Origin: Myxococcota bacterium
Lineage (GTDB): Bacteria > Myxococcota_A > SURF-8
Assembly: GCA_965140415.1 (NCBI GenBank)
Contig: OZ223209.1
Span: 4,832,001-4,896,000 of the forward strand
DNA length: 64,000 bases
Reading direction: 5' to 3'
Shown here piece by piece: positions 30,362-41,115 of the stretch. A program made the position numbers and the translations under genes. Under the pieces are notes generated by a model. The model ran no database searches and was not told where the DNA came from. It worked only from the letters and a program-made list of their open reading frames with translations. Within the stretch, counting starts at the first letter, position 1, and the number at the start of each line of letters is the position of its first letter.

Positions 30362-31534
30362 ATGGAAACCGATCTCACTAGCTTTTTGCAATCACTGGGT
30401 ATAGTTGGCATCGTTCAGGCATTCGGTAAACCGGTTTTGATGTATGCCATCGGCGGACTGCTGATCTTTCTGGGCATCTTCAAAAAGTGGGAACCGCTGC
30501 TGCTGATTCCCATTGGCGTAGGCATCGTGTTGACGAACACGCCCTTTATCGGTGTGATGGAACATCCACCGCTCGATCAGCCGCTGTCGATGAAAATGAT
30601 TGTAGAGGAAACCGGCTTTCTCTATTTGATTTACGCTTTCGGCATTAAAACCGGCATCTTTCCCTTGTTGATTTTCCTTGGCGTTGGCGCCCTGACCGAT
30701 TTCGGTCCCTTAATCGCCAATCCCAAAACTCTGATTTTAGGTGCAGCGGCCCAAGTCGGCATCTTTCTCACCTTTTTTGGGGCGGTGATGCTTGGCTTCC
30801 CATTAAATGAAGCAGGCTCCATCGGGATTATCGGAGGCGCGGACGGACCCACCGCGATTTTCCTTACCGGCAAGCTGGCCCCGCATTTACTAGGTCCGAT
30901 TGCCATTGCCGCCTACAGTTACATGGCGCTGGTGCCGATGATCCAGCCGCCGATCATGCGCCTTCTGGTTCCCGAACACGAACGAAAAATCGTGATGGAG
31001 CAGATGCGCAAGGTGAGCCGAAGGGAAAAAATCCTGTTCCCGGTTTTCATTACACTCGTCACCATCCTGCTGATCCCCTCGGCGGTGCCACTGGTTGGAA
31101 TGCTGATGTTCGGCAATCTCTTGAAAGAATGCGGCGTGGTGGATCGACTGGCGAAAACGGCGCAAAACGAATTGATCAACATCGTGACCATTCTGCTGGG
31201 TCTAACGGTCGGTGCGACGATGAGCGTGGATACCTTCCTGAACGTCAAAACATTGATGATCATCTGCCTGGGACTGATCGCCTTCAGCATCGGTACGGCG
31301 GGCGGCTTGATTTTCGGGCGCATCATGTGCTGGGCGACCAAAGGCAAGGTCAATCCGCTTATCGGCTCCGCTGGCGTAAGTGCGGTGCCCATGGCGGCGC
31401 GTGTCAGCCAGAAGGTCGGGCAGGAAGTCGATCCCTTCAACAACCTGCTCATGCACGCCATGGGACCGAATGTCGCGGGTGTACTCGGCTCGGCCATCGC
31501 CGCCGGTGTGTTTTTATCGCTGCTGGGGAAATGA
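30362..31534 (+). CDS. Na+-translocating decarboxylase beta subunit (OadB/MmdB/GcdB family)
   Basis: [40 protein letters not shown]. Confidence 0.95.
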   Translation: METDLTSFLQSLGIVGIVQAFGKPVLMYAIGGLLIFLGIFKKWEPLLLIPIGVGIVLTNTPFIGVMEHPPLDQPLSMKMIVEETGFLYLIYAFGIKTGIFPLLIFLGVGALTDFGPLIANPKTLILGAAAQVGIFLTFFGAVMLGFPLNEAGSIGIIGGADGPTAIFLTGKLAPHLLGPIAIAAYSYMALVPMIQPPIMRLLVPEHERKIVMEQMRKVSRREKILFPVFITLVTILLIPSAVPLVGMLMFGNLLKECGVVDRLAKTAQNELINIVTILLGLTVGATMSVDTFLNVKTLMIICLGLIAFSIGTAGGLIFGRIMCWATKGKVNPLIGSAGVSAVPMAARVSQKVGQEVDPFNNLLMHAMGPNVAGVLGSAIAAGVFLSLLGK

Positions 31535-31787
31535 TCTCACGCGCTACATCTGGAGTGATTCTTACCGGTTACAAATCACTTTTAGCCACATATTCTATGA
31601 TTTTGTGCCATAGTCTTACGCGATCGAAGATCGTGGAAGGCTGTGTGTCTTCAATAAGTTACACACGGCCTCCCGGAATTTCCATTCCGTGAGACCATGG
31701 CACATCATGATTGCTCGATAGACAGAAATGAATGATATCTCCCCTCGCCGCTACATGAAGACATCACTTGTGTGAACAACCTCTCTC

Positions 31788-32153
31788 CTACAAATTCGTA
31801 GCCACCATCCAAACACCCACCAGAATAAAGACCAGTCCGCCCATTTGCAGGGCTGTAACCTGCTCTCCCAGTTTTAAAATGGAATAGGTCACCACGATCA
31901 GAAACCCGGCGGAAGTCATAATCGGATAGGCAACGGAAAGCTTGATCTGGCTCAGCACCACCGAATACGCCGCCAGCGCCACACCGAAAAAGAACACACC
32001 GACAATCAACGTCGGATTGAACAGAATGGCCTTGGCCATGGCGGAGATGTCTCCCAGCCCGAAAGCTTTGGCTTTCATCCCTTCCTTGATCAGGATATTG
32101 GCAACGGCGTTGGCGACCAACGCAAAGAGCAAAACCAGGTGGATCATCTTCAT
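31788..32153 (-). CDS. SMR/EamA-like small membrane protein
   Basis: Four hydrophobic segments, LSVAYP motif. Confidence 0.8.
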   Translation of the reverse strand: MKMIHLVLLFALVANAVANILIKEGMKAKAFGLGDISAMAKAILFNPTLIVGVFFFGVALAAYSVVLSQIKLSVAYPIMTSAGFLIVVTYSILKLGEQVTALQMGGLVFILVGVWMVATNL

Positions 32154-32167
32154 AATGATTCGTTCCT

Positions 32168-33136
32168 TTATGGCTGTAGGTGCTGCGCGAGTTCGCGCAG
32201 CGCTTCAGGCAGAACACGCAGAAAATCTTCCGGTACGGGGGCGGTAAACGAACGCGCCGGGAAACCGTCCGCTTCCGGCAACGACAACGAGAGCGCGTGC
32301 AGCATCAAACGCGCCGCGCGCAAACCGGGACCGCCATAGAGCTTATCGCCGATGATCGGAGCGTTCAATTCCAGCATATGCAAACGCAGTTGATGGGTGC
32401 GCCCCGAATGCGGCGACAATTTCACCAGGCTCGCGCCATTGGCACTACCCAGCACTTCATAATCCGTTACCGCCGGGCGGCTGTGACGCCCGTCCACGCG
32501 CATGCATTTATTGCGCTTGGGATCGAAACCGATGGGAGCATCGACGCGCCCGCTTGCAGGTAATTCGGACTTCGGCAATACCAGCGCCAGGTAGGTTTTC
32601 TGTGCGAGATGCTGTTTGAACACCTGATCCAGATAGCGATTGACCGGCCCCTGCCGTGTAAAGAGCACGACGCCGGAGGTATCCCGATCCAGACGATTGT
32701 ACAGGGAAATCGGCCCGAATTTCTCCAAGGCCAGCGAAAACAGATCGCCTCCCTGCCCTTTGCGAATGGCGTGCGTCAACATGCCCGCCGGTTTATTCAG
32801 CGCCAGCATTTCCCGCGCATCGCGGATCAGCCAGCTCTTATCGAAGCACGGCAGCTCGGAGAAATTCCGGGAAGATTCACGCTCCGACTTTGTGGCGGGT
32901 TGCGTTTTTGCAACTGGCGCTTGCTCCACGGCCTGGGCCACTTCAATGCGATCGCCGTTATGGACTTTCCAAGAGCAGAGCCACACCAGCTTCCCGTTGA
33001 TCTTGACTTTCCGTCCCGTCACCAGTCGCTGCACGGCTCGCTTGCCTATACCGGCCTGCTCGCAGATCACCCGATCCAGGCGCGTTCCACGCTCCAGGTC
33101 TTTAACTGTCAGCTTGATGGACTTTCTCTCCGTCAT
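32168..33136 (-). CDS. RluA/RluD family pseudouridine synthase with S4 domain
   Basis: RLDR S4, NKPAG, RLDRDTSG, GRTHQLRLH, PIIGD.LYG, LHA. Confidence 0.92.
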   Translation of the reverse strand: MTERKSIKLTVKDLERGTRLDRVICEQAGIGKRAVQRLVTGRKVKINGKLVWLCSWKVHNGDRIEVAQAVEQAPVAKTQPATKSERESSRNFSELPCFDKSWLIRDAREMLALNKPAGMLTHAIRKGQGGDLFSLALEKFGPISLYNRLDRDTSGVVLFTRQGPVNRYLDQVFKQHLAQKTYLALVLPKSELPASGRVDAPIGFDPKRNKCMRVDGRHSRPAVTDYEVLGSANGASLVKLSPHSGRTHQLRLHMLELNAPIIGDKLYGGPGLRAARLMLHALSLSLPEADGFPARSFTAPVPEDFLRVLPEALRELAQHLQP

Positions 33137-33236
33137 CTTTTCCTTTTTCTAAGTAGCATCCCTGTAGGTCGCCTGTTCATGCCCTACGTTGGAGCATGTC
33201 TCCCGACATACTCCAAAGGTTCATGCAGAAACGCGA

Positions 33237-34310
33237 TTACTCGCTTGCTTCCGTATCGATCACCATACGAATAATGCCGCCTACTTGCTCCGCTTCCTCA
33301 AGTTCATCCCCAACCAAACGCAACGGGAAGAGGTCGTCATCCAGCGGCACATCGTTTTTCGTCATCGCCAGTAGAATATCATCGTTTTCCGCCACGCGGG
33401 CGCTGGGCAGCGCCAGCTGCTCCGAATACAAGCGTACCATGTAACCGCTTTCAATCACTTCACCCTGCTCCGAATACAAGCGTACCATGTAACCGCTGGC
33501 AGCCAGATCCCGATTGAAAGCCTGCGCGTCGTGAACGTTTTCATCATCCACGCGCCCGACCAATAGCCACAACGGAATTCCGCTCCACACATTCGCGTGA
33601 TCGTCCGTCCAGCTCTGGCCGTGACATCCCGGCGTCGCGCCGGATTCGAACGTTGCGCGATCCATGCTTTCGGTACGCGCACCTTCCAGTTCCAGCGTCC
33701 AATCCGCTCCCAGTTCCACAACCTCAATTCTCGCCACCTGCTTGATCCACCAGTGACCGTCGGTCAGCTGTTCGGCCTGCTCGGATACAAAGGCCAATCG
33801 CAAGGGACCACCGTCATCTTCCGTCAGCGTTCCATTCGCATTCTCATAAGCCAGAATCAGGATCAGATCCTTGTCGTATTCAATCGCTTCACCGCTTTGC
33901 GGATCGAAAGTCGCCAGCTTGCGCCCCTGCGCCTGATCGTGGGACAGCGTCATGGCATAGTCATCCGAGGCCACGATGCGCAGCCCCGCCCCATCCGGCA
34001 ATCCGCCGATATCCTCCAGCAGATCCAATACCGAAACGCCCGTCCAGATAATCGGCGCGGCGATGCTGCCCACGCTTGTCAGCCAGCCGCCATAGCCTTC
34101 CGTCTGAGTGCGCTGCATGAAATCCGCTTCCGAGATCGTAACCTCATTGCCATCCAATGCAGCCAAGGTCACCGTAAACGATGAAGCATTTTCTCCCTGC
34201 TCTTCCAGATCCGCATCGCCATCCACCGTCGAGTCGGAATCGGAGCAAGCACAAACCAATAGCATCATCAATAAAGCCAATCCCCACTGCAACTGCTTTT
34301 TCACTTCCAT
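33237..34310 (-). CDS. Lipoprotein with two molybdopterin-oxidoreductase-like (Oxidored_molyb) repeats
   Basis: Lipobox VCAC. Motifs WTGVS...LL, ASDDY, GGPLRL, W.KQV..I; second copy WSGIPL and FPLRL. Confidence 0.7.
   Translation of the reverse strand: MEVKKQLQWGLALLMMLLVCACSDSDSTVDGDADLEEQGENASSFTVTLAALDGNEVTISEADFMQRTQTEGYGGWLTSVGSIAAPIIWTGVSVLDLLEDIGGLPDGAGLRIVASDDYAMTLSHDQAQGRKLATFDPQSGEAIEYDKDLILILAYENANGTLTEDDGGPLRLAFVSEQAEQLTDGHWWIKQVARIEVVELGADWTLELEGARTESMDRATFESGATPGCHGQSWTDDHANVWSGIPLWLLVGRVDDENVHDAQAFNRDLAASGYMVRLYSEQGEVIESGYMVRLYSEQLALPSARVAENDDILLAMTKNDVPLDDDLFPLRLVGDELEEAEQVGGIIRMVIDTEASE
33417..33497. repeat. Perfect 33-bp direct repeat with 15-bp spacer inside a CDS
   Basis: CTGCTCCGAATACAAGCGTACCATGTAACCGCT at 33417-33449 and 33465-33497. 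Confidence 0.9.
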
Positions 34311-34611
34311 CGATACACCCTCCAATCAAGCATGATCGTCCCGGATCATACGAGGTATTGCCGGATTGAACAAGCGCTTTTTCCCAAAGCTTTTGCGACA
34401 AAGCTGCGCCCGGGTATAGCATGAAATAGTGATATTCGTTTTATAGTCACTATTAGTTGATTTGCACTACTGGATATGGGTGCCCGGGTCTTCGATTCGG
34501 TACGAATCGATGGCCCGGAATCAGAGAATGTACACGGTCATTCGCCTTTCAGGCGAAAGGCCGTGGCACCCTTGGTTGTGGCGCATTTCAAATAATGCCT
34601 ACTCTAAAAGC

Positions 34612-34716
34612 GGGTGCCATGGGCAAAGCGAAGAATCACGTAGCTTGCCCATGCTGTTATCGAACACGGGCAAGCCTGCGGCTTTGGTCGCGCCACCCCG
34701 AAAATAAGACCTGTTT
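34612..34716. repeat. REPIN-like palindromic element, copy A
   Basis: GGGTGCCATGGGCAAAGC..GCTTGCCCATG..CACGGGCAAGCC..GGCTT..CGCGCCACCC. Homologous to 51492 and 60321. Confidence 0.75.
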
Positions 34717-34825
34717 GCAATGTCTTGTGAAGCATGCTTCGTTTCACTCAAGCATCATCCCAATTTGCTTGTCCAAGATCTTTCCCATATAATGCAACTA
34801 CGTTATTTAATCCAGGGAGACGAAG

Positions 34826-35380
34826 ATGTACTTCGCGCAAACCAGCGCCAAACGTCGCTTGCTGCTGCATTTTCTAAACGGCGGCCTGTTACTGGCGCTC
34901 AGCGTTACCTGGGCCATCCTTTGGGAAAAACTCCCCAACCCCTTCCCCATTCATTTCGGTCTCAATGGCGAGCCGGATCGCTTCACCGAACCGGGAGCGG
35001 AAGTTTTCATCGTACTCGTTCTATTGCCCTGGTTGATGACTGCGCTACTTTACGCCACGCGCCTGCTGATACGTTTCAGTATCAAGCATCCGGCGATCAT
35101 GAACCTGCCGAACAAAGAGCAATTCCTGCAATTACCTCAACAGCAGCAGGAATCTCTTTTACTGATCATGTTCGAATTCTCCATTGCACTGGCATTCACG
35201 TTGAACCTGGTTTTCGTCTGCGCCGGAATCGGCTCGCTGTTGGTTGCCTTTCAGATTCTGCAACGCCTGCCGGTGATGATCCTGGTCAGCCTGATCCTCT
35301 TATCCATCGGAATCGTGGTCATCTACCTGATTGCCTTCAGCAAGGCCATTTCTCGATTGGCACAGGAAAAAACGGAGTAA
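34826..35380 (+). CDS. DUF1648 (SdpI-like) membrane protein
   Basis: LPNPFPIHFGLNGEPD motif, four TM segments. Confidence 0.8.
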   Translation: MYFAQTSAKRRLLLHFLNGGLLLALSVTWAILWEKLPNPFPIHFGLNGEPDRFTEPGAEVFIVLVLLPWLMTALLYATRLLIRFSIKHPAIMNLPNKEQFLQLPQQQQESLLLIMFEFSIALAFTLNLVFVCAGIGSLLVAFQILQRLPVMILVSLILLSIGIVVIYLIAFSKAISRLAQEKTE

Positions 35381-35794
35381 GCGGGCAACGACTTCAAGCG
35401 GAAATCCGGGCAAATCGCAACCGAATTTCTGACACCCTGTAAAGTACGCCACATAGCGCCCACACCTGCACTGAATTCGTAACTCCTTCGGTAGGTACAC
35501 ACTTGGTTGCGGCAGAATTCGCGATAAAGGGGAAAAAGGCATTACTTTGGCCTGTCTGCCGGTTTGCCGCACTTATTTACAGAAGCTATTCACGCTATTT
35601 TTCTGTAGTAGCGAGAGACTACCCTACCTGAATTTGTCTTTAATAATAGTCACTTATGCACAACCGCAAGAAAAAGCAGAAAGCCTTAATCGTTAGAAAG
35701 AATGAAGAACCCATATCGTGCTTGTTTGCGGCAGGATCGTGCAGAACCAGGCTGCTTCGTGTTTTACAGTATTCATTCTTAGCAATGTCTTCTT

Positions 35795-35861
35795 GTAGCG
35801 GCGAGACGTAAGCCCGCCGAGAAACACCAATAATTACGGCTGGCTTACGCCTCGCCGCTAC
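35795..35861. repeat. GTAG-type inverted repeat (REP-like)
   Basis: GTAGCGGCGAGACGTAAGCC ... GGCTTACGCCTCGCCGCTAC. The left arm recurs at 51469. Confidence 0.7.
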
Positions 35862-35996
35862 GGAAATCAAGAAAACACATCTCGCTATTATTGATTAAGA
35901 ATCATTCTATGCAAATGGCATAATCACACCACGTCCGCAGGGTGATGTAAGACCGAGCTTATCAGAGGTGGTTTTACGGCCTACTTATATATGCGC

Positions 35997-36197
35997 TTAA
36001 TGAGGCTTGCGATTGTAGTCTCTCAGATGATCTTCGGGATTCCCATTCCGGGAATCATCGTCAGCCGCCTCGTCTTCATCGGGAGCCAGCCAGCCGAATA
36101 AATCCGAGTCCTTGCAACGCTTGGAGCAGAAGGGACGATACGGATTTTCTTTGTTATATTCGGTTTCTTTGCCGCAGCGGGGACAAATGACTTTCAT
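35997..36197 (-). CDS. yacG: DNA gyrase inhibitor YacG
   Basis: CPRCGK..YRPFCSKRCK..DL..W zinc finger. Confidence 0.88.
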   Translation of the reverse strand: MKVICPRCGKETEYNKENPYRPFCSKRCKDSDLFGWLAPDEDEAADDDSRNGNPEDHLRDYNRKPH

Positions 36198-38554
36198 GCC
36201 CGGCTTGCCTCCCGCTCTTCATCCGAAGCTTTAAAACACAAGCCGCCGGTTTCATCGACGAAAACCGAAATGCATTGGCCACGATGCGCATCACCACGCA
36301 AAATCATCGAAGCCACTGGCCCTTCGATTTCGGATTGAATGGCCCGTCGCATCGGACGAGCTCCAAAACGAGGATCGTAACCGCCGGCATGAATCAATGC
36401 ATCGGTTACTTCCGGGGCAAATTGCAGCTCGATATTTTTCTCTGTTGCCAATTTGCTTGCGCTGGATTGAAGCAGCAATAACGCGACCTGGCGCACTTCC
36501 TCGCGCGTAAGTCGCCCGAAGACGATCACTTCGTCGATACGATTGAAAAGTTCGGGAGAAAGCGAGCGATGAATGACTTCGTGAATTTTCTCCTGAAGTC
36601 GCGACGCCTCGTTTTCCTCGTCGGCAAATCCGATTCCACTGCGCCCGCGACCGAAGAATTCCGCTCCAAGATTGCTGGTTAGAATCACGACGGAATGCGT
36701 GAAATCGGCGACTCGCGCCATGTTGTCGGAAAGTCGCCCGTCTTCCAAAATTTGCAGCAACAGCTTCTGTACGTCGGGATGGCTTTTTTCGATTTCGTCA
36801 AACAGCACGATCTGGAAAGGATGACGGCGAATGGCGTCGGTCAAGGCCGCGCCGTCGTTAAATCCGACATAGCCAGGAGGCGCACCGATCAATTTGGCGA
36901 TGGAATGCGACTCGGAAAATTCACTCATATCGAAGCGAATCATCGCATCGCGCTGGCCGAACAATTCCGCCGCCAATGCCTTTGCGATTTCCGTTTTTCC
37001 CACGCCGGTAGGTCCGACGAACAAAAAGGAACCGGTCGGCCTGTCGCCGGAAAAACCGGCCACGTTGCGCCGCAGCGACTCTCCGAGGCGCTTTAAGGTA
37101 TCACGATGCCCCACGATGTGATTGGCCAGGCGCGATTCCAGCGACAAATACCGCTCCGAATCACTGGATAACAAATGCTCCACCGGCACTTTCGTCAACT
37201 GGCTGACGACCTCCGCCACATGCTCTTCGGTGACTTCGATGGCTTTGGATCGTCGGGCACGAGAGCCAGCTAAATCTAGAATTGTCAACGACTTATCCGG
37301 CTGATGCTGATCGCGCATATAACGATCCGTCAAACGCGCAGCCAGCCGCAAAGCCGGTTCGGTAAAGGCGGTACCATGATGATCTTCGTAGCGATCCGCC
37401 ACCGAGCGTAAAATCGCGCGCGTCTCGCGCTCGTCGGGCTCGTCGATTTCCATCAGGTGAAAACGTCGGGACAGCGCAGGGTCTTTTTCGATCGTCTTTC
37501 TGTATTCATCCGTGGTCGTCGCACCGATACAGGGAAAATCGCCGCTGGCCAAGGCCGACTTCAACTCTTGAGCGATATCCTGCGAGCCGTCCACCGATCC
37601 TTGGGCGATCTGGTGAATTTCGTCGAAAAATAAAATCACCTGCCCGTTTGCCTTCGACACTTCCCGCCGCAAGGCATCGATGCGCTCGGAAAACGATCCG
37701 CGTAACTGTGTCCCTTGTAGCAGACGAGACGGTTCCAACTGATAGATACGGCGACTCTCCATCCCCGGCACGCTATCGGGCATATGCGCCAATCGCCAGG
37801 CCAGACCTTCAACGAGCACCGTTTTTCCGATTCCCGGAGGCCCGATAACCAAGGGATTATTGGACTTGCGCTTGTTTAGAATGTCCACCAGTTCTTCGAT
37901 TTCGCGATCCCGGCCCACCACCGGCTCCAATAGCCCGTTTAGAGCTTTTTCCACCATATCCGTAGCCAGTTCCTGCAAAACGGGAAATGCTCCCGAAGCC
38001 GGAACCGCTTTTCTGGTGGAATGCACCGTCGTAACCTGCGGCGCGGCGACCGTTTGCGCTCGCGGAGCAGGTTGACTTTGCATGGAAGGATTTGTGGATT
38101 TCTTCACCTGCCTGCGCCGATGCTGCTCGAAAATCGAGGCATAGCGGCGAGGCATTTTATTGACTAATAACGAAACGGCCTGATTGCGTAGATAAGGAAT
38201 TCGCACGCCCGCTCGTTCAAAAAGATGATACGCGCGGGTTTGCCGATGGCGAGTGAGCGCAACCAGCAAATGCAGGCAATTAACTTTCGGATTTCGATAC
38301 TTGACCGAAGTTTCTTCCGCAATTTCAAGTAGTTCTTCTACGGCCTCTTCCGTTTCGGGAAAATTCTTATCGACGTATGGAAGTAAAGCTTCTTCCGAAT
38401 ATCCCTCTTCGGCAAGCAGCAACCCACCGGAATTATCCAGCATATACAATGAAAACAGCACGTGCAGGCTGTTTAAAGGCTCTCCCAGCAATTCGGAAGA
38501 ATCCAGGGCTTCATTCAAGGCGTATGTCAGCTCAGGACTGTAGGCTCTGCCCAT
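36194..38554 (-). CDS. ATP-dependent Clp protease ATP-binding subunit (ClpA/ClpC-like)
   Basis: Clp_N domain, two AAA domains (GPPGIGKT, GPTGVGKT), LIGAPPGYVG, IGF loop, FGARP. Confidence 0.92.
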   Translation of the reverse strand: MGRAYSPELTYALNEALDSSELLGEPLNSLHVLFSLYMLDNSGGLLLAEEGYSEEALLPYVDKNFPETEEAVEELLEIAEETSVKYRNPKVNCLHLLVALTRHRQTRAYHLFERAGVRIPYLRNQAVSLLVNKMPRRYASIFEQHRRRQVKKSTNPSMQSQPAPRAQTVAAPQVTTVHSTRKAVPASGAFPVLQELATDMVEKALNGLLEPVVGRDREIEELVDILNKRKSNNPLVIGPPGIGKTVLVEGLAWRLAHMPDSVPGMESRRIYQLEPSRLLQGTQLRGSFSERIDALRREVSKANGQVILFFDEIHQIAQGSVDGSQDIAQELKSALASGDFPCIGATTTDEYRKTIEKDPALSRRFHLMEIDEPDERETRAILRSVADRYEDHHGTAFTEPALRLAARLTDRYMRDQHQPDKSLTILDLAGSRARRSKAIEVTEEHVAEVVSQLTKVPVEHLLSSDSERYLSLESRLANHIVGHRDTLKRLGESLRRNVAGFSGDRPTGSFLFVGPTGVGKTEIAKALAAELFGQRDAMIRFDMSEFSESHSIAKLIGAPPGYVGFNDGAALTDAIRRHPFQIVLFDEIEKSHPDVQKLLLQILEDGRLSDNMARVADFTHSVVILTSNLGAEFFGRGRSGIGFADEENEASRLQEKIHEVIHRSLSPELFNRIDEVIVFGRLTREEVRQVALLLLQSSASKLATEKNIELQFAPEVTDALIHAGGYDPRFGARPMRRAIQSEIEGPVASMILRGDAHRGQCISVFVDETGGLCFKASDEEREASRA

Positions 38555-38775
38555 AACTTCTCATCATTCCATTTCGATGTGTGACAACAGGGACCGATGC
38601 GGCGAGAAACACCTCGCCCGCAACCGAGAAAAATATACTTATTATAACCGATTGCAGATCCCCGGTCAAGTTCGTGACACGACCAAAAGGAAGGTTTTCG
38701 TTTACAAATGCAATTCGAATTCGAAGAAGACGATTGAGTCGGAATGCGCCCTGTTTCCGTTTATAACCACGGATT

Positions 38776-39711
38776 TTATGGGAAATCCACTCGTTCGGAG
38801 ACCGTATTCTGCAACGCCGACACCAGGCGCATCAAGCTGTCGTTGATCGGCGTGGCGATTTGATGAGTCTGTCCCAATCGGCTGACATAACCGCAAATCG
38901 CATCGATTTCCGTCAAGCGGCCATGTAAGACATCTTTCAACATGCTGGAATGATTATCCTTAGTTAACTCCGCGACATCGCGTGTCTTTTGCACCAACGC
39001 AGCAGCATCGAGCGCAATAGCTTCCGCCTGCGCCACCTTGACGACCTCCTGCACTGCCAATTCTGCAAGCGCATCCAATTCCGGCTGTCTGGCAACGTGG
39101 CCATTGGGCAGCCTCAACAAAGCGGTTAGCGGATTGATGGCGCAGTTGATCGCCAACTTGGCAAACAGAATCTCTCGAATCGAGTTTGAAGCCGAAACCG
39201 GGAAGCCGCCGCATTGTGTCACATTTACAATGCGCTGCAAACGCCCGCTCATTTCTCCATTCCATTCGCCGATATTCGTTCCCCCCACACCGACGTGATG
39301 CAGAATTCCGGCTTCATCGATATACGCGCCGTTGATGGTCGACGCCGCCAGCACTCGTTGCCGGCCCAGTTCTTTTTGCAATATCTCCACGTTTCCCATG
39401 CCGTTTTGCAGGGAAATCACGAGCGTTTCCGGTCCGAACAGTAGCCGATGCTGACGCAGCGCGGTTTCGGTATCGTAGGCTTTTACGGTAATGAATACGA
39501 CGTCCGGTGTTTCGATTTCAGCGGCATCGGTAATCACCCTGGGATGCACCGTGAAATCTCCCGCTGCACTGCTGAGTTGTACGCCATGAGACGACAAGCG
39601 CTCGGCGGTCCTGCCCGCTCGGGCGACCAGGGTCACATCCAGACCGGCTTTGGTCCAATACGCTCCCGCCAGCGATCCAATGGCTCCCGGTCCCACGATT
39701 GCAAGTCGCAT
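38776..39711 (-). CDS. panE: 2-dehydropantoate 2-reductase
   Basis: GPGAIG, TVKAY, LQNGMG, KLAINCAINPLTA, SSM..D, TEIDAI.G. Confidence 0.92.
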   Translation of the reverse strand: MRLAIVGPGAIGSLAGAYWTKAGLDVTLVARAGRTAERLSSHGVQLSSAAGDFTVHPRVITDAAEIETPDVVFITVKAYDTETALRQHRLLFGPETLVISLQNGMGNVEILQKELGRQRVLAASTINGAYIDEAGILHHVGVGGTNIGEWNGEMSGRLQRIVNVTQCGGFPVSASNSIREILFAKLAINCAINPLTALLRLPNGHVARQPELDALAELAVQEVVKVAQAEAIALDAAALVQKTRDVAELTKDNHSSMLKDVLHGRLTEIDAICGYVSRLGQTHQIATPINDSLMRLVSALQNTVSERVDFP

Positions 39712-40014
39712 ACAACACCTCCTTCATTCGTGCGCGTATCCTACGACGCTCACCGGTTGCGGTCAAGCCGGATCGACGAGAATTGTCGCGTGGGAATTGA
39801 AAAACAATGGGCCGTATGGAACCAGACGTCTTGCCATTACATATTCATGTAGAGCTTATTTTTTTCATCCATATATATTTTTGTAACGCTCTGTCAAAAA
39901 AGGCACAATCCAATTGAGAAATACATGGCTTTTGTTGTATAGTCTCTACATTGAACTGATCGAAAATATCTGATTTATACCCGGAAATGCACTGGGTTGC
40001 AGGGGACATTGCAG

Positions 40015-41115
40015 ATGATTCAACGGACAGGCTTATTGTTGATGCTGATGTTGGTACTCGCTTACAGCATAGCACCATCTCTTTCGGCGGAAGAATCGCC
40101 CGGCATCGTGGTCTGGAAACTCCAGGCCAACAAAGGCGTGGATGACGCAGACGTGAATTTAATTTCGAACTTCGTGGCCAACCAGGTGGCGAAGTATTCG
40201 GGAAGCAAGGTCATTTCCGAGGCGGATATCCAGACCATTCTGAAGGGAGAGGAAACACGCCAGCAATGCGGTGCGGAAGATACCTCCTGCGTGGCGGAGA
40301 TCGGCGCGGCGCTTGGCGTTCCGGAGGCGGTTTCCGGTGACATCGGCAAGATCGGCGATTTCTGGATGCTGAACCTGCGGCGCATCAACGTCCGTTCGGC
40401 AGAGGTGATCGGGCGCAGCAGTCGAAATATTGATGGATCGGTAAACGACCTTATTCGGGCACTGCCGGAATCGGTGGCGGAATTGTTCGGGACCTCACCC
40501 CCCGGCCCCCTCTCCCACGGAGAGAGGGAGAGCGAGCCGAAGGCCAAACCCTCGCCTCCGGCAGAGCCTGGGCGGCTATATGTGAAATCCGAACCTACCG
40601 GAGCCAGCCTGTTTATCGATGGTGATCGCATGGGGGAGACGCCCTTTAAGCAAAAGGTGGATGTCGGTGAGTATAGGCTGGAACTGAAACTCGACGGTTA
40701 CAAAACGGCCAAGGAATCCGTAAGGGTGAAATCGGAAGAGATTGTCCAACTGAATCTTACGCTAAAGCGGGATTACCCGATGAACCCCTACAAGAAGTAC
40801 GGCTATGTCACCTTCTTCACGGGTGTCGGTGTGGCGGCCTTTTTAGGCGGTGTCGGTTTCGGGCTTGGCGCGAATTACGCCGATGAATATCAAACGAAAA
40901 CATCGGGCTCAATTAACGACTTGCGTGACAAATCGCAGACGATGACAGGCGTAGGTTATGCCGGAGTATCCATCGGTAGTGCGTTGATGGTAACCGGTAT
41001 TGTCTTATGGGCGCTTTCGCCTGGTGATGAGGCTTGGTGGGAGGAGCATCAGGTATCCGCAGGACCGACTAGTGATGGATCAGGGGGTATGTTGACAGTC
41101 GGGGGGGCATGGTGA
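40015..41115 (+). CDS. Exported PEGA-domain protein
   Basis: Signal peptide, N-terminal C....CVAEIG.ALG domain, PEGA (S.P.GA.LFIDG..GETP), C-terminal hydrophobic hairpins. Confidence 0.82.
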   Translation: MIQRTGLLLMLMLVLAYSIAPSLSAEESPGIVVWKLQANKGVDDADVNLISNFVANQVAKYSGSKVISEADIQTILKGEETRQQCGAEDTSCVAEIGAALGVPEAVSGDIGKIGDFWMLNLRRINVRSAEVIGRSSRNIDGSVNDLIRALPESVAELFGTSPPGPLSHGERESEPKAKPSPPAEPGRLYVKSEPTGASLFIDGDRMGETPFKQKVDVGEYRLELKLDGYKTAKESVRVKSEEIVQLNLTLKRDYPMNPYKKYGYVTFFTGVGVAAFLGGVGFGLGANYADEYQTKTSGSINDLRDKSQTMTGVGYAGVSIGSALMVTGIVLWALSPGDEAWWEEHQVSAGPTSDGSGGMLTVGGAW

